A stretch of DNA of 64,000 nucleotides from Phycisphaerales bacterium (GTDB taxonomy: Bacteria; Planctomycetota; Phycisphaerae; Phycisphaerales; UBA1924): positions 1,709 through 65,708 of the forward strand of contig JBGCDI010000003.1 in NCBI GenBank assembly GCA_045105315.1, written 5' to 3'. The number at the start of each line of letters is the position of its first letter. The stretch's first letter is position 1. The position numbers and the translations under genes are program-made. Below the pieces are notes generated by a model that saw only the letters and a list, made by a program, of their open reading frames with translations, was not told where the DNA came from and made no database searches. This document shows positions 1 to 8,172 of this stretch, in pieces.

Positions 1-756
1 AGACCTGCTAAGTTCCCCTTCCCGCTCTTGCATATTGATACTGGTCACAACTTTCCTGAAGCGCTCGATTTTCGTGATTCGCTCGTTGAAGGTATTGGCG
101 AACGGCTCATCGTTCACAAGGTCCAAGACCTGATTGACAAAGGTATTGCCACCGAAGATCCTGGACCATATCCATCGCGGAACCGGGCGCAGATCCCGAC
201 GCTGCTTGATGCGATCGAGACCTACCGGTTTGATGCACTTTTCGGCGGCGCCCGTCGCGACGAAGAGAAAGCACGCGCCAAGGAACGGATCTTCTCGTTC
301 CGGGATGATTTCGGTCAGTGGGACCCCAAAAACCAGCGCCCAGAGCTTTGGAACCTGTATAACGGTCGTCACCAGATGGGCGAGAACATCCGCGTGTTCC
401 CGATCTCCAACTGGACCGAGATGGATGTCTGGCAGTACATCATGCTTGAAAAAATAGCAATCCCCGAGCTCTACTTCTCGCACACGCGCGATGTGGTCAC
501 ACGGATGGGTCAGTATGTCCCGGTCGGGGAAGCGCCGTTTGGTCCTCGCGAGGGCGAAGAGGTCACGACGCGGACAGTTCGTTTCCGCACAGTCGGAGAT
601 ATGAGCTGTACCGCAGCAACAGATTCACCCGCAGCGAACCTCGAAGAAATCGTTGCAGAAGTCGCGGCAGCGCGTGCATCAGAACGCGGAGCGCGGATGG
701 ACGATAAAACAAACGAAGCTGCGATGGAAGATCGTAAAAAAGAAGGATATTTCTAG
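1..756 (+). CDS. cysD: sulfate adenylyltransferase subunit 2 (CysD), 5'-truncated by window edge
   Basis: Frame 1 is open from nt 1 (RPAKFPFPLLHIDTGHNFPE...). It shows the CysD/PAPS-reductase-fold pattern HIDTGHNFPE and FGGARRDEE. cysN follows directly. Confidence 0.9.
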   Translation, partial: RPAKFPFPLLHIDTGHNFPEALDFRDSLVEGIGERLIVHKVQDLIDKGIATEDPGPYPSRNRAQIPTLLDAIETYRFDALFGGARRDEEKARAKERIFSFRDDFGQWDPKNQRPELWNLYNGRHQMGENIRVFPISNWTEMDVWQYIMLEKIAIPELYFSHTRDVVTRMGQYVPVGEAPFGPREGEEVTTRTVRFRTVGDMSCTAATDSPAANLEEIVAEVAAARASERGARMDDKTNEAAMEDRKKEGYF

Positions 757-759
757 GAC

Positions 760-2103
760 ATGGCTCCCGACACTACCCAAAGCGATCTATCGACCAGCAC
801 CAATGCCAATCAAGGGATGGAGTTCTCCACCGATGCGTACCTTGATATGGACCTGCTCAGGTTCCTGACCTGCGGCTCTGTCGATGACGGCAAGTCCACG
901 CTCATCGGACGGTTGCTCTATGACTCAAAGTCCATCTTTGAAGACCAGCTCGAAGCAGCAGAATCCGCGTCCCTCTCGCGAGGTGATCAACGCATGGATC
1001 TCGCGCTGCTCACCGACGGTCTTCGCGCCGAGCGTGAACAAGGGATCACCATCGATGTTGCGTACCGATACTTTGCAACACCCAAACGCAAGTTCATCAT
1101 CGCGGATTGCCCCGGCCATGTGCAGTACACACGCAACATGGTCACCGGCGCATCGACCGCAAACCTCGCGCTGATCCTGATTGATGCTCGGCACGGGGTC
1201 ATCGAACAAACCCGCCGACACTCGTTTATCACATCGCTGCTCCGCATCCCGCACTTGGTGGTGTGTATCAACAAGATGGATCTGGTTGATTGGTCAGAGG
1301 AAACCTACGAGAAGATCCGCGAGGACTTCGAGCAGTTTGCAGCCCGCTTTGAAATCAATGACATTACCTTCGTGCCGCTTTCAGCGCTGACCGGCGACAA
1401 TGTGGTCAATCGCTCAGACAAGATGGACTGGTACCAGGGGCCGTCGCTGCTGCATCATCTTGAGAATGTGCATATTGCGGGTGATCGCGACATGATCGAT
1501 CCTCGGTTCCCGGTCCAGTGGGTGATCCGGCCTCAAGGCGACGAACACCACGACTACCGGGGCTACGGAGGGCAGGTCGCGTCTGGGGTCTTTCAGCCTG
1601 GTGATGAAGTTGTCGCGCTCCCAAGCGGGATGACCAGCACGATCAAATCCATCGATATTGGAGGTGATGCGGTTGGATTCGCGAGTCCACCCCAGAGTGT
1701 GTCGATCCAGCTCGATGACGATATCGATGTCTCGCGAGGGGACATGCTCTGCAGACCAAACAACAAGCCCACAAGCGGCCAAGACATCGACGCGATGATC
1801 GTCTGGATGGCTGATACCCCGATGGTGGTAGGCAAGAAGTATTCAGTGCGGCACACAACCAATGAAGCGCGATGTGTCATTAAAGATCTGCGATACCGGA
1901 TGGATATTGAAACGCTGAGCAGGGTTGAAGAAGCGTCGGATCTTAAGCTCAACGAGATTGGTCGTGTTGCTTTCCGGATGACCAAGCCCTTGTTCTTTGA
2001 TCCGTACCGTCAGTGCCGATCGACCGGGAGCTTTATCATCATTGATGAGCAGACCAACAACACGGTTGGTGCTGCGATGATCATCGGTGAATCGAACTCG
2101 TAG
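760..2103 (+). CDS. cysN: sulfate adenylyltransferase subunit 1 (CysN GTPase), no CysC fusion
   Basis: 447 aa with GTPase motifs GSVDDGKSTLIGRLL, DCPGH and NKMD. Starts 4 nt after the cysD stop. The length fits CysN alone. Confidence 0.9.
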   Translation: MAPDTTQSDLSTSTNANQGMEFSTDAYLDMDLLRFLTCGSVDDGKSTLIGRLLYDSKSIFEDQLEAAESASLSRGDQRMDLALLTDGLRAEREQGITIDVAYRYFATPKRKFIIADCPGHVQYTRNMVTGASTANLALILIDARHGVIEQTRRHSFITSLLRIPHLVVCINKMDLVDWSEETYEKIREDFEQFAARFEINDITFVPLSALTGDNVVNRSDKMDWYQGPSLLHHLENVHIAGDRDMIDPRFPVQWVIRPQGDEHHDYRGYGGQVASGVFQPGDEVVALPSGMTSTIKSIDIGGDAVGFASPPQSVSIQLDDDIDVSRGDMLCRPNNKPTSGQDIDAMIVWMADTPMVVGKKYSVRHTTNEARCVIKDLRYRMDIETLSRVEEASDLKLNEIGRVAFRMTKPLFFDPYRQCRSTGSFIIIDEQTNNTVGAAMIIGESNS

Positions 2104-2117
2104 TTACGAGAGCTTAT

Positions 2118-2162
2118 AAAAACAGATAAAAGAAGACCCGCACCGAGTGATCGATGCGGGTC
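2118..2162 (-). terminator. hairpin plus T-tract (minus strand) downstream of the PEP-CTERM gene
   Basis: Stem gacccgca (2135-2142) pairs with tgcgggtc (2155-2162). On the minus strand it is followed by ttcttttatctgttttt. It lies between the convergent cysN and 2211..2891 genes. Confidence 0.5.
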
Positions 2163-2210
2163 GTTCATAACAAATCTGTGTACTGAATGAATCAGTATCG
2201 TCAACAGCTC

Positions 2211-2891
2211 TTAGCGGCGACGACGGATGGTTGTCGCTGCACCAAGTCCGAGGAGTGCGAGTGCACCTGGAGCTGGGATGGTGTAGGAGATGTTGTCGAA
2301 GCCCATTGAGCCGCCGAGGTTGATCTCTGCTTTGTCGAAACCACCAGCAACAGCGATTTCATCAATCAGGTTGATTGAGTTGTTTCCGAAGACTGCGCCG
2401 TTGTCATACGCGCCGCCTGCGAGGAAATCATTGAAGTCGACTTCGAGGACTGAAACGCCGCCGAGGAAGAACTCAACTGAGCTGTTCTCAGCAGTTACAT
2501 CTTCGAGGTCAACAACATGGAAACCGAATGACTGGACTGTGAAGTCGAAGTCAAAGATGAGGGTACCAGCGGGACGGCTGCCTTCGTCATCTGGGTTGCC
2601 GCTGTTTGATTCAGCGAGGATAAGGATGTTGCCCAGGTCGGTGTTCAGGTCGGTGTTACCAACTGCAAACGGATCTTCGAGGTCTGGATCGAGGGTTCCA
2701 GCGAGGTTGGTATCAAAGATCTGAGCAAGACCAAATACACGGTTCGGGTTCAACGCTGAGATGTTGACGCCTTGTGCCGCGTACTGGTTGGAGACGAAGT
2801 CTCCGTTGTTCAGGTCAGTAAAGTCGAGGGTATCAGCACCCGCCACTGCTGCCAGTGAGGCTGCAGTGATCGCTATCATTGTAAACTTCAT
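2211..2891 (-). CDS. PEP-CTERM sorting-domain secreted protein
   Basis: N-terminal signal peptide MKFTMIAITAASLAAVAGA. The C-terminus IPAPGALALLGLGAATTIRRRR has a PEP-like motif, a TM helix and an Arg cluster. Confidence 0.75.
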   Translation of the reverse strand: MKFTMIAITAASLAAVAGADTLDFTDLNNGDFVSNQYAAQGVNISALNPNRVFGLAQIFDTNLAGTLDPDLEDPFAVGNTDLNTDLGNILILAESNSGNPDDEGSRPAGTLIFDFDFTVQSFGFHVVDLEDVTAENSSVEFFLGGVSVLEVDFNDFLAGGAYDNGAVFGNNSINLIDEIAVAGGFDKAEINLGGSMGFDNISYTIPAPGALALLGLGAATTIRRRR

Positions 2892-3133
2892 GTCTAAATC
2901 TCTCTTTTTTGGGGTCTCTCTCTTATGCTCGTTGACAATCTCTCTCTAAAGATCGTCTTGGACATACGTATTATCCAATGAGCGCGTTAAATATACACAA
3001 CTGATAAATAGCTGTCAATATTCGAGTTAGAATTAACTTTTATTCTCTTGAATTTAAGCTAACCAATGTGAACATGGGTATTTTAGAGTCGACTTTTTGG
3101 TCCCATTTTGTACAACTACTTTGGAGTTGCTCG

Positions 3134-3667
3134 ATGCTTGAACCAGTAATCACAACCGATCGGCTCTTGATCGACCCCCCGTCGCACACCGATCTTGATG
3201 CCCTTGCTGAGCTCTGGAGCGATGAGCACACGATGCGCTACATCGGAGCGGGAAACGCTTGGAGTCGATCCCAGATTGCTGAGCGCATTGACCGCGCGAT
3301 CAAAACACATCGCCAGCACGGGATGACCTTCTGGACCATCAAGGAACGATCCACCGGAATGATCATTGGACAAGGAGGGCTGGTGCCCATCGAGTTCAAC
3401 GGCCCAGAAATTGAGCTCGGGTATCGACTCGGAAAAGACCATTGGGGCAAGGGATACGCAACAGAAATCGCGAAGGCATCCGCTCGGTACGGCTTGACGA
3501 GTCTCGGGCTCGATGAACTTGTCGCGGTGTGCGATGAGCACAATGACGCATCACGAGTTGTACTTAGTAAGGTGGGCTTCCGTGAGATAGGGCTCTCGCA
3601 AGCGTACTACAACACCTCAACCATACTCCATCGAATGAACCGCGACGATTTTGAGCGAGTAGGATGA
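3134..3667 (+). CDS. GNAT family N-acetyltransferase (RimJ/RimL-like)
   Basis: The ORF runs 3068..3667. I prefer the Met at 3134 (MLEPVITTDRLLI...). GNAT core IELGYRLGKDHWGKGYATE. Confidence 0.8.
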   Translation: MLEPVITTDRLLIDPPSHTDLDALAELWSDEHTMRYIGAGNAWSRSQIAERIDRAIKTHRQHGMTFWTIKERSTGMIIGQGGLVPIEFNGPEIELGYRLGKDHWGKGYATEIAKASARYGLTSLGLDELVAVCDEHNDASRVVLSKVGFREIGLSQAYYNTSTILHRMNRDDFERVG

Positions 3668-3670
3668 CCT

Positions 3671-4921
3671 ATGCCTCTCACTATCCTCCATATCTCTACT
3701 CGTCTCATTCTCGGAGGTTCGCAAGAGAACACCGTCCTCTCGTGTGAAGGTCAAGCGGAACTTGGTCATGATGTTCATCTCACGTTTGGTCCGATCTTTG
3801 GTCCCGAGGGTTCATTACTTGAAAGGGCGGAAGGCTTCCGAACCAAAGATGATCGACCAATACATTGTCACGAAGTCCCGAATCTGGTTCGTGAGATCAG
3901 CCCATCTGCAGACCGTCGATGTCTCTATGAGTTGATGGAACTCATGGAACGCATCAATCCTGATGTGGTCCACACACACTCATCGAAAGCGGGAGTACTC
4001 GGTCGGATAGCAGCATGGAAACGCTTTAAAAGCAGCACCAACGGACGACCAGCAGTCATCCATACCATCCACGGCCCGCCCTTTATGCCCATCGAAGGAG
4101 GCGCTCTCAGTCGATCAAAGGTCGCGTTTAAAAACTGGATGTACACCGTTGCAGAGCGCACAGCTGCGCGCTCATGCCACACCATTGTTTCAGTTGCCGA
4201 TGCGATGACCGATCAGTTTCGTGAACGGAGTATCGGGACTATGAATCAGTATGTCACTGTGCGTTCTGGGATGGAAGTCGAGAAGTTCCTAAAGCCTTTG
4301 CCAGATGAAGACCGCGCGAGCATGCGCGCCCAGCTTGGTTTTTCCGATGACGACTTTGTCATCGGGACCGTCGCAAGACTCGCACAACACAAGGGGCACG
4401 ACGATATTCTTGACGGATTGTGTGATGACCTCCGCGCGAATCCACGCTGGAAACTATTGTGGGTTGGTGATGGATGGTGGACCGATCGGTTGATTGATCG
4501 CGTCCGAGAACTCGGGTTTGAGGATCAACTCGTCCACACCGGGCTGGTTCCTCAGCATCGCGTTGGCGCGATGATGCGCGCGATGGATGTGCTGCTCCAC
4601 CCCAGTTATCGCGAGGGGCTTCCTAGAACGGTGCCTCAAGCATTGCTTTGTAGCGTCCCAGTCTGCGCCAGCAACACTGATGGCACCCCCGAGATTTGCG
4701 TTGATGCTCGCACAGATCCAAATAACGCGACCGGGTTGTTGTTTGAACCTGGAGATGCGCATGGGCTGGGCGATTCGATCCGGTGGATGTATGAGCATCC
4801 ACACGAGAGACGGAAGCTTGGTGTTCGTGGTCGCGAAATCTGCACCGATATGTTCAGCACCGAACGGATGGTGTCAGAACTCGAACGGGTGTACGCAGCG
4901 GCGCTTGCTCGCTCGTTCTAA
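3671..4921 (+). CDS. glycosyltransferase family 4 (GT-B fold)
   Basis: 416 aa with the C-terminal GT4 pattern HPSYREGLPRTVPQALLCSVPVCASNTDGTPEI. Starts 4 nt after the GNAT stop. Confidence 0.85.
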   Translation: MPLTILHISTRLILGGSQENTVLSCEGQAELGHDVHLTFGPIFGPEGSLLERAEGFRTKDDRPIHCHEVPNLVREISPSADRRCLYELMELMERINPDVVHTHSSKAGVLGRIAAWKRFKSSTNGRPAVIHTIHGPPFMPIEGGALSRSKVAFKNWMYTVAERTAARSCHTIVSVADAMTDQFRERSIGTMNQYVTVRSGMEVEKFLKPLPDEDRASMRAQLGFSDDDFVIGTVARLAQHKGHDDILDGLCDDLRANPRWKLLWVGDGWWTDRLIDRVRELGFEDQLVHTGLVPQHRVGAMMRAMDVLLHPSYREGLPRTVPQALLCSVPVCASNTDGTPEICVDARTDPNNATGLLFEPGDAHGLGDSIRWMYEHPHERRKLGVRGREICTDMFSTERMVSELERVYAAALARSF

Positions 4922-4970
4922 TAGACTCTGACTCAACAACCTGAAAGCCCGCAAACGATTCAGGATCAAT

Positions 4971-5006
4971 AAAAAAGAAATGCCTTCGGCGCTACCGAAG
5001 GCATTT
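4971..5006 (-). terminator. rho-independent-type terminator (T-tract on minus strand)
   Basis: 12-bp stem aaatgccttcgg (4978-4989) pairs with ccgaaggcattt (4995-5006), loop cgcta. The minus-strand tail is cttttttatt. It also sits 50 nt after the + strand GT4 stop. Confidence 0.6.
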
Positions 5007-5181
5007 CAATATCTCTCGGAGGGCTTTCGCCCGCCAAATGGGCCATAGAGCCCGATTTCCTACCAAGATCAATAGATCACAAAAATAGCGACATGCCAGT
5101 AATCCCGATAACAAATTAATCAAGATCACTATAAAGTGCTTATTGTCAAGTATTTATGAGCTTGTTTTTTTGCCTACAATC

Positions 5182-5625
5182 TCACGCAGCCGCTGATCTT
5201 GGATACTCAAGCTCAGAAACCGCCCAACGGACCACATCACGGATTGTGATAATCCCGACGCAGTGCCCCTGCTGATCAACAACAGGCAAACACGAAATCC
5301 GGTGATCAAGCATCACTCGAGCAGCGGATCGCAGCGCGGTGTTTGCACGCACCGCGATGAGCTGACGGGTCATGATCTGGTGCGCCTTGCGGTTGAGCAT
5401 CGCGACATCCGCTGACCGCTCTGCCATTTTGCCGACAAAGGGTGAGATGTTCTTGAGCAGGTCACGATCAGAGATTACACCGACGCATGAACCGTCATCG
5501 CCATGGACGATGAGGTGGTGGTAGTGGGAGGTCTCGAAGATCGTCTGAATTTTGCCCACAGCATCATCCATCGAAATGGTTTCGATCGGGTGGGACATGA
5601 CATCTCGTACAATGAGTGCGGGCAT
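5182..5625 (-). CDS. CBS domain-pair protein
   Basis: 147 aa with two CBS-like repeats (VMSHPIETISMDDAVGKI... and IMTRQLIAVRANTALRSAARVMLDHRISCLPVVD). Confidence 0.85.
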   Translation of the reverse strand: MPALIVRDVMSHPIETISMDDAVGKIQTIFETSHYHHLIVHGDDGSCVGVISDRDLLKNISPFVGKMAERSADVAMLNRKAHQIMTRQLIAVRANTALRSAARVMLDHRISCLPVVDQQGHCVGIITIRDVVRWAVSELEYPRSAAA

Positions 5626-5667
5626 GTATGTTCAATCGGGCAGTGGTCGCTGTTCCTATACTGATGT

Positions 5668-6270
5668 ATGAGTGATAACCGCGCGCAAGGTCAATCGGGG
5701 GGTGAAGGTGTAGGGTCTGGACCGGCTGCGATCTGGGCGCCGTGGCGATTAGCGTACATCGAGTCGTTATCGGAAGACCAGGATTCCAAAGACTCCGCTC
5801 CCTCGTCTCGAAGTGCAGCGCCTCCCGGTTCAACAAGCGGCAGTTTCCTGCTTGATTATTGGAACACTCCAGAACTTGACCAAGAGCACTATGTCATCGA
5901 GCGGACAGATGCTGGTCTGATTCTGCTTAATAGGTATCCGTATTCCAACGGGCACTTGCTGATCGCGCTGGGTGATGCTCGTCCAGCATTGATGGATTAC
6001 GAACCGGATCAACGCGCTGCCCTTTGGGAACTGGTTGACCGCGCGACCGCGCTCGCTGAGCTGGCGCTTGAACCACAAGGATTGAATATTGGGATCAATC
6101 AGGGACGGGCTGGGGGGGCGGGGGTGCCGAGCCATCTGCATGTGCATGTGATCCCCCGCTGGAGCGGGGATACGAACTTTATCACAAGCGTGGGGGGGAT
6201 CCGTGTGATCCCCGGGGCGCTTGAGGCGATGTATGAGCGCTACATGCGAGCAGTCGCGGCTTCGAACTAA
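5668..6270 (+). CDS. HIT family protein (Ap4A-phosphorylase-like)
   Basis: Histidine triad HLHVHVIPRW and N-terminal IWAPWRLAYI. The stop overlaps the convergent NeuB-like stop by 4 nt. Confidence 0.85.
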   Translation: MSDNRAQGQSGGEGVGSGPAAIWAPWRLAYIESLSEDQDSKDSAPSSRSAAPPGSTSGSFLLDYWNTPELDQEHYVIERTDAGLILLNRYPYSNGHLLIALGDARPALMDYEPDQRAALWELVDRATALAELALEPQGLNIGINQGRAGGAGVPSHLHVHVIPRWSGDTNFITSVGGIRVIPGALEAMYERYMRAVAASN

Positions 6271-7424
6271 ATGAGATCAGAAGCATTGATCGGGACATCG
6301 GCTTCGATTGCTTGGGCGGTTGTTGTACCGATGACAGATTCGAGATCGCACGCGAGGATGCCGGTGCCTGGCCGTTTGATGGTAAGCATGTCGCGGGTGA
6401 TGGTGGTGCCTGCGGGGATGTCGCATGTTGAGACGACGGACTGGCGGGAGACTGTGCGGACATCTTGTTCGCAGTCGAGGACTCGTTTGATTATCTCGCT
6501 TACTGACACTGCATAAATTGCATCCCAAAATGGATTCGGATGCTGAATCGCATCTGAATATTCTTTGAGCTTTTTTCCATCTCGCATTTGATCGACACTG
6601 TCGTCAATGGATCGCTGAATAGATTCTTTCCAATCAAATCCTTCTGATGCAAGCTTGATGTATCCACTCAGTTGTGCTGCAAGTAAAGATGCCGCGTGAT
6701 CAGGACCTGGTCGATGACGATCATCCGTTATGTGTTTTTCGAGAACACATGCACCAAATGCAACAGCAAGCTTTCCTGATCTGTGTGACTTTGTGTGATC
6801 ACTGTATCCAATAGGAACATTTAGTGCCTTGGTAAACTCAGTGATGCCACCAAAGCCTCGTTCCACACCTATGACGGGATAACTACTCACACATTGCAGT
6901 ATGGCAAATCGATTGCGTGCAGAATCGAGCCAATCGACTGCTCGAACAACTTCGTCCATCGTGCTCGCGCCGGTGCTCACAATCATTGACTTGCCGGTCT
7001 GCATCAATGCTTCAAGCAATGGCTTGTTCACAATATCCGGGCTCGCGGTTTTGTAGGCATCCCAGGAAAGCGTCTCAGCGATGGGGACAAGTTCGGTGCT
7101 GAAGACTGTGACGATCGCGTGGATGCCTTTGCTGTGGGCGCGCTGAACGACCAATGCCATCTCGTCGATGGTGAGTTCGAGTCTTCGGAGCATCTCTATC
7201 GGATCGGTTTCACCCGCGTTCTTCTGGTACGCAGCGAGTTTGGCGGCTTTGCTCATCAACCGGTCGGTCTCAAAGAACTGGAGCTTGATCGCATCAGCAC
7301 CAGCCTCCGCAGCGGCGTCGGTGAGTGACAATGCACGATCCACATCGCCGTCATGATTCACCCCGATCTCCGCAATCACATAGGGCGGATGATTGATTCC
7401 AATCTCTTGATCACCGATGCGCAT
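6267..7424 (-). CDS. N-acetylneuraminate/pseudaminate/legionaminate synthase family protein (NeuB-like)
   Basis: The ORF runs 6267..7502. The Met at 7424 gives MRIGDQEIGINHPPYVIAEIGVNHDGD. C-terminal SAF-like segment DIPAGTTITRDMLTIKRPGTGI. There is an extra ~40 aa before the SAF segment. Confidence 0.85.
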   Translation of the reverse strand: MRIGDQEIGINHPPYVIAEIGVNHDGDVDRALSLTDAAAEAGADAIKLQFFETDRLMSKAAKLAAYQKNAGETDPIEMLRRLELTIDEMALVVQRAHSKGIHAIVTVFSTELVPIAETLSWDAYKTASPDIVNKPLLEALMQTGKSMIVSTGASTMDEVVRAVDWLDSARNRFAILQCVSSYPVIGVERGFGGITEFTKALNVPIGYSDHTKSHRSGKLAVAFGACVLEKHITDDRHRPGPDHAASLLAAQLSGYIKLASEGFDWKESIQRSIDDSVDQMRDGKKLKEYSDAIQHPNPFWDAIYAVSVSEIIKRVLDCEQDVRTVSRQSVVSTCDIPAGTTITRDMLTIKRPGTGILACDLESVIGTTTAQAIEADVPINASDLI

Positions 7425-8172
7425 GGACTGCACTCCCCTCAACAGCTTGCTCGCGCAGCACCGCGTCAGCAACCAGCTGATCGATCCGCGAATCAATATC
7501 AATCACATCACCCTCATCAGTCACCACCGCGCGCCGGTCAGTCCCAAGAAACGCGTGCGGGCTTAGCAGGTCAAGCTCGGGGTTGTTGAGTTCGAGCATA
7601 AGTGATTCAGGAGTCACCGCGATCACGCCCCCATCAGGAACCATCGCGGGCGGGAGGTCTTGTCTGCGGAAACAGTTGTGGTAGAGCACATCCCCCTGCC
7701 AAGGCAGCACCGAGCCGTGCTCATCAACTCGCACCGTCCACCACGGATGGTGCTTGCCCACCCGCGCGTAGGACTGCACGCTATGGGCTTGGCTATCGAT
7801 CAGTTTGATCACCGCTTCGTCAATCAGTGCCGATGGTCGGACCGGAACATTGGCATACAGAATCACGATTGGGCCAGCGATCGAGCCGATCGTTTGGTAC
7901 GCGTGTCTTGCTGCGCTATCAATCGTTGCGTGGTCATTGGCAAACTCGAGCGGTCGATCCACCACAATGCACCCATGCGAAGACGCGATCTGCTGAACCT
8001 GAGCATCATCAGTCGAGACCACGACCGTACCGATCATGGATGACCGATGAGCAGCGTCAATCGTCCACTCAACGCAAGGCTTCCCCCCAACTACCGCATG
8101 GTTCTTTCCCGGGAGCCCTTTGGACCCAGCACGCGCCAGGATGATCGCGGTCGCTTTCTGATGACTGTTCAT
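7411..8172 (-). CDS. acylneuraminate cytidylyltransferase family protein (NeuA/PseF/LegF-like)
   Basis: 253 aa with motif ATAIILARAGSKGLPGKN. The 3' end overlaps the NeuB-like start. Confidence 0.85.
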   Translation of the reverse strand: MNSHQKATAIILARAGSKGLPGKNHAVVGGKPCVEWTIDAAHRSSMIGTVVVSTDDAQVQQIASSHGCIVVDRPLEFANDHATIDSAARHAYQTIGSIAGPIVILYANVPVRPSALIDEAVIKLIDSQAHSVQSYARVGKHHPWWTVRVDEHGSVLPWQGDVLYHNCFRRQDLPPAMVPDGGVIAVTPESLMLELNNPELDLLSPHAFLGTDRRAVVTDEGDVIDIDSRIDQLVADAVLREQAVEGSAVHAHR

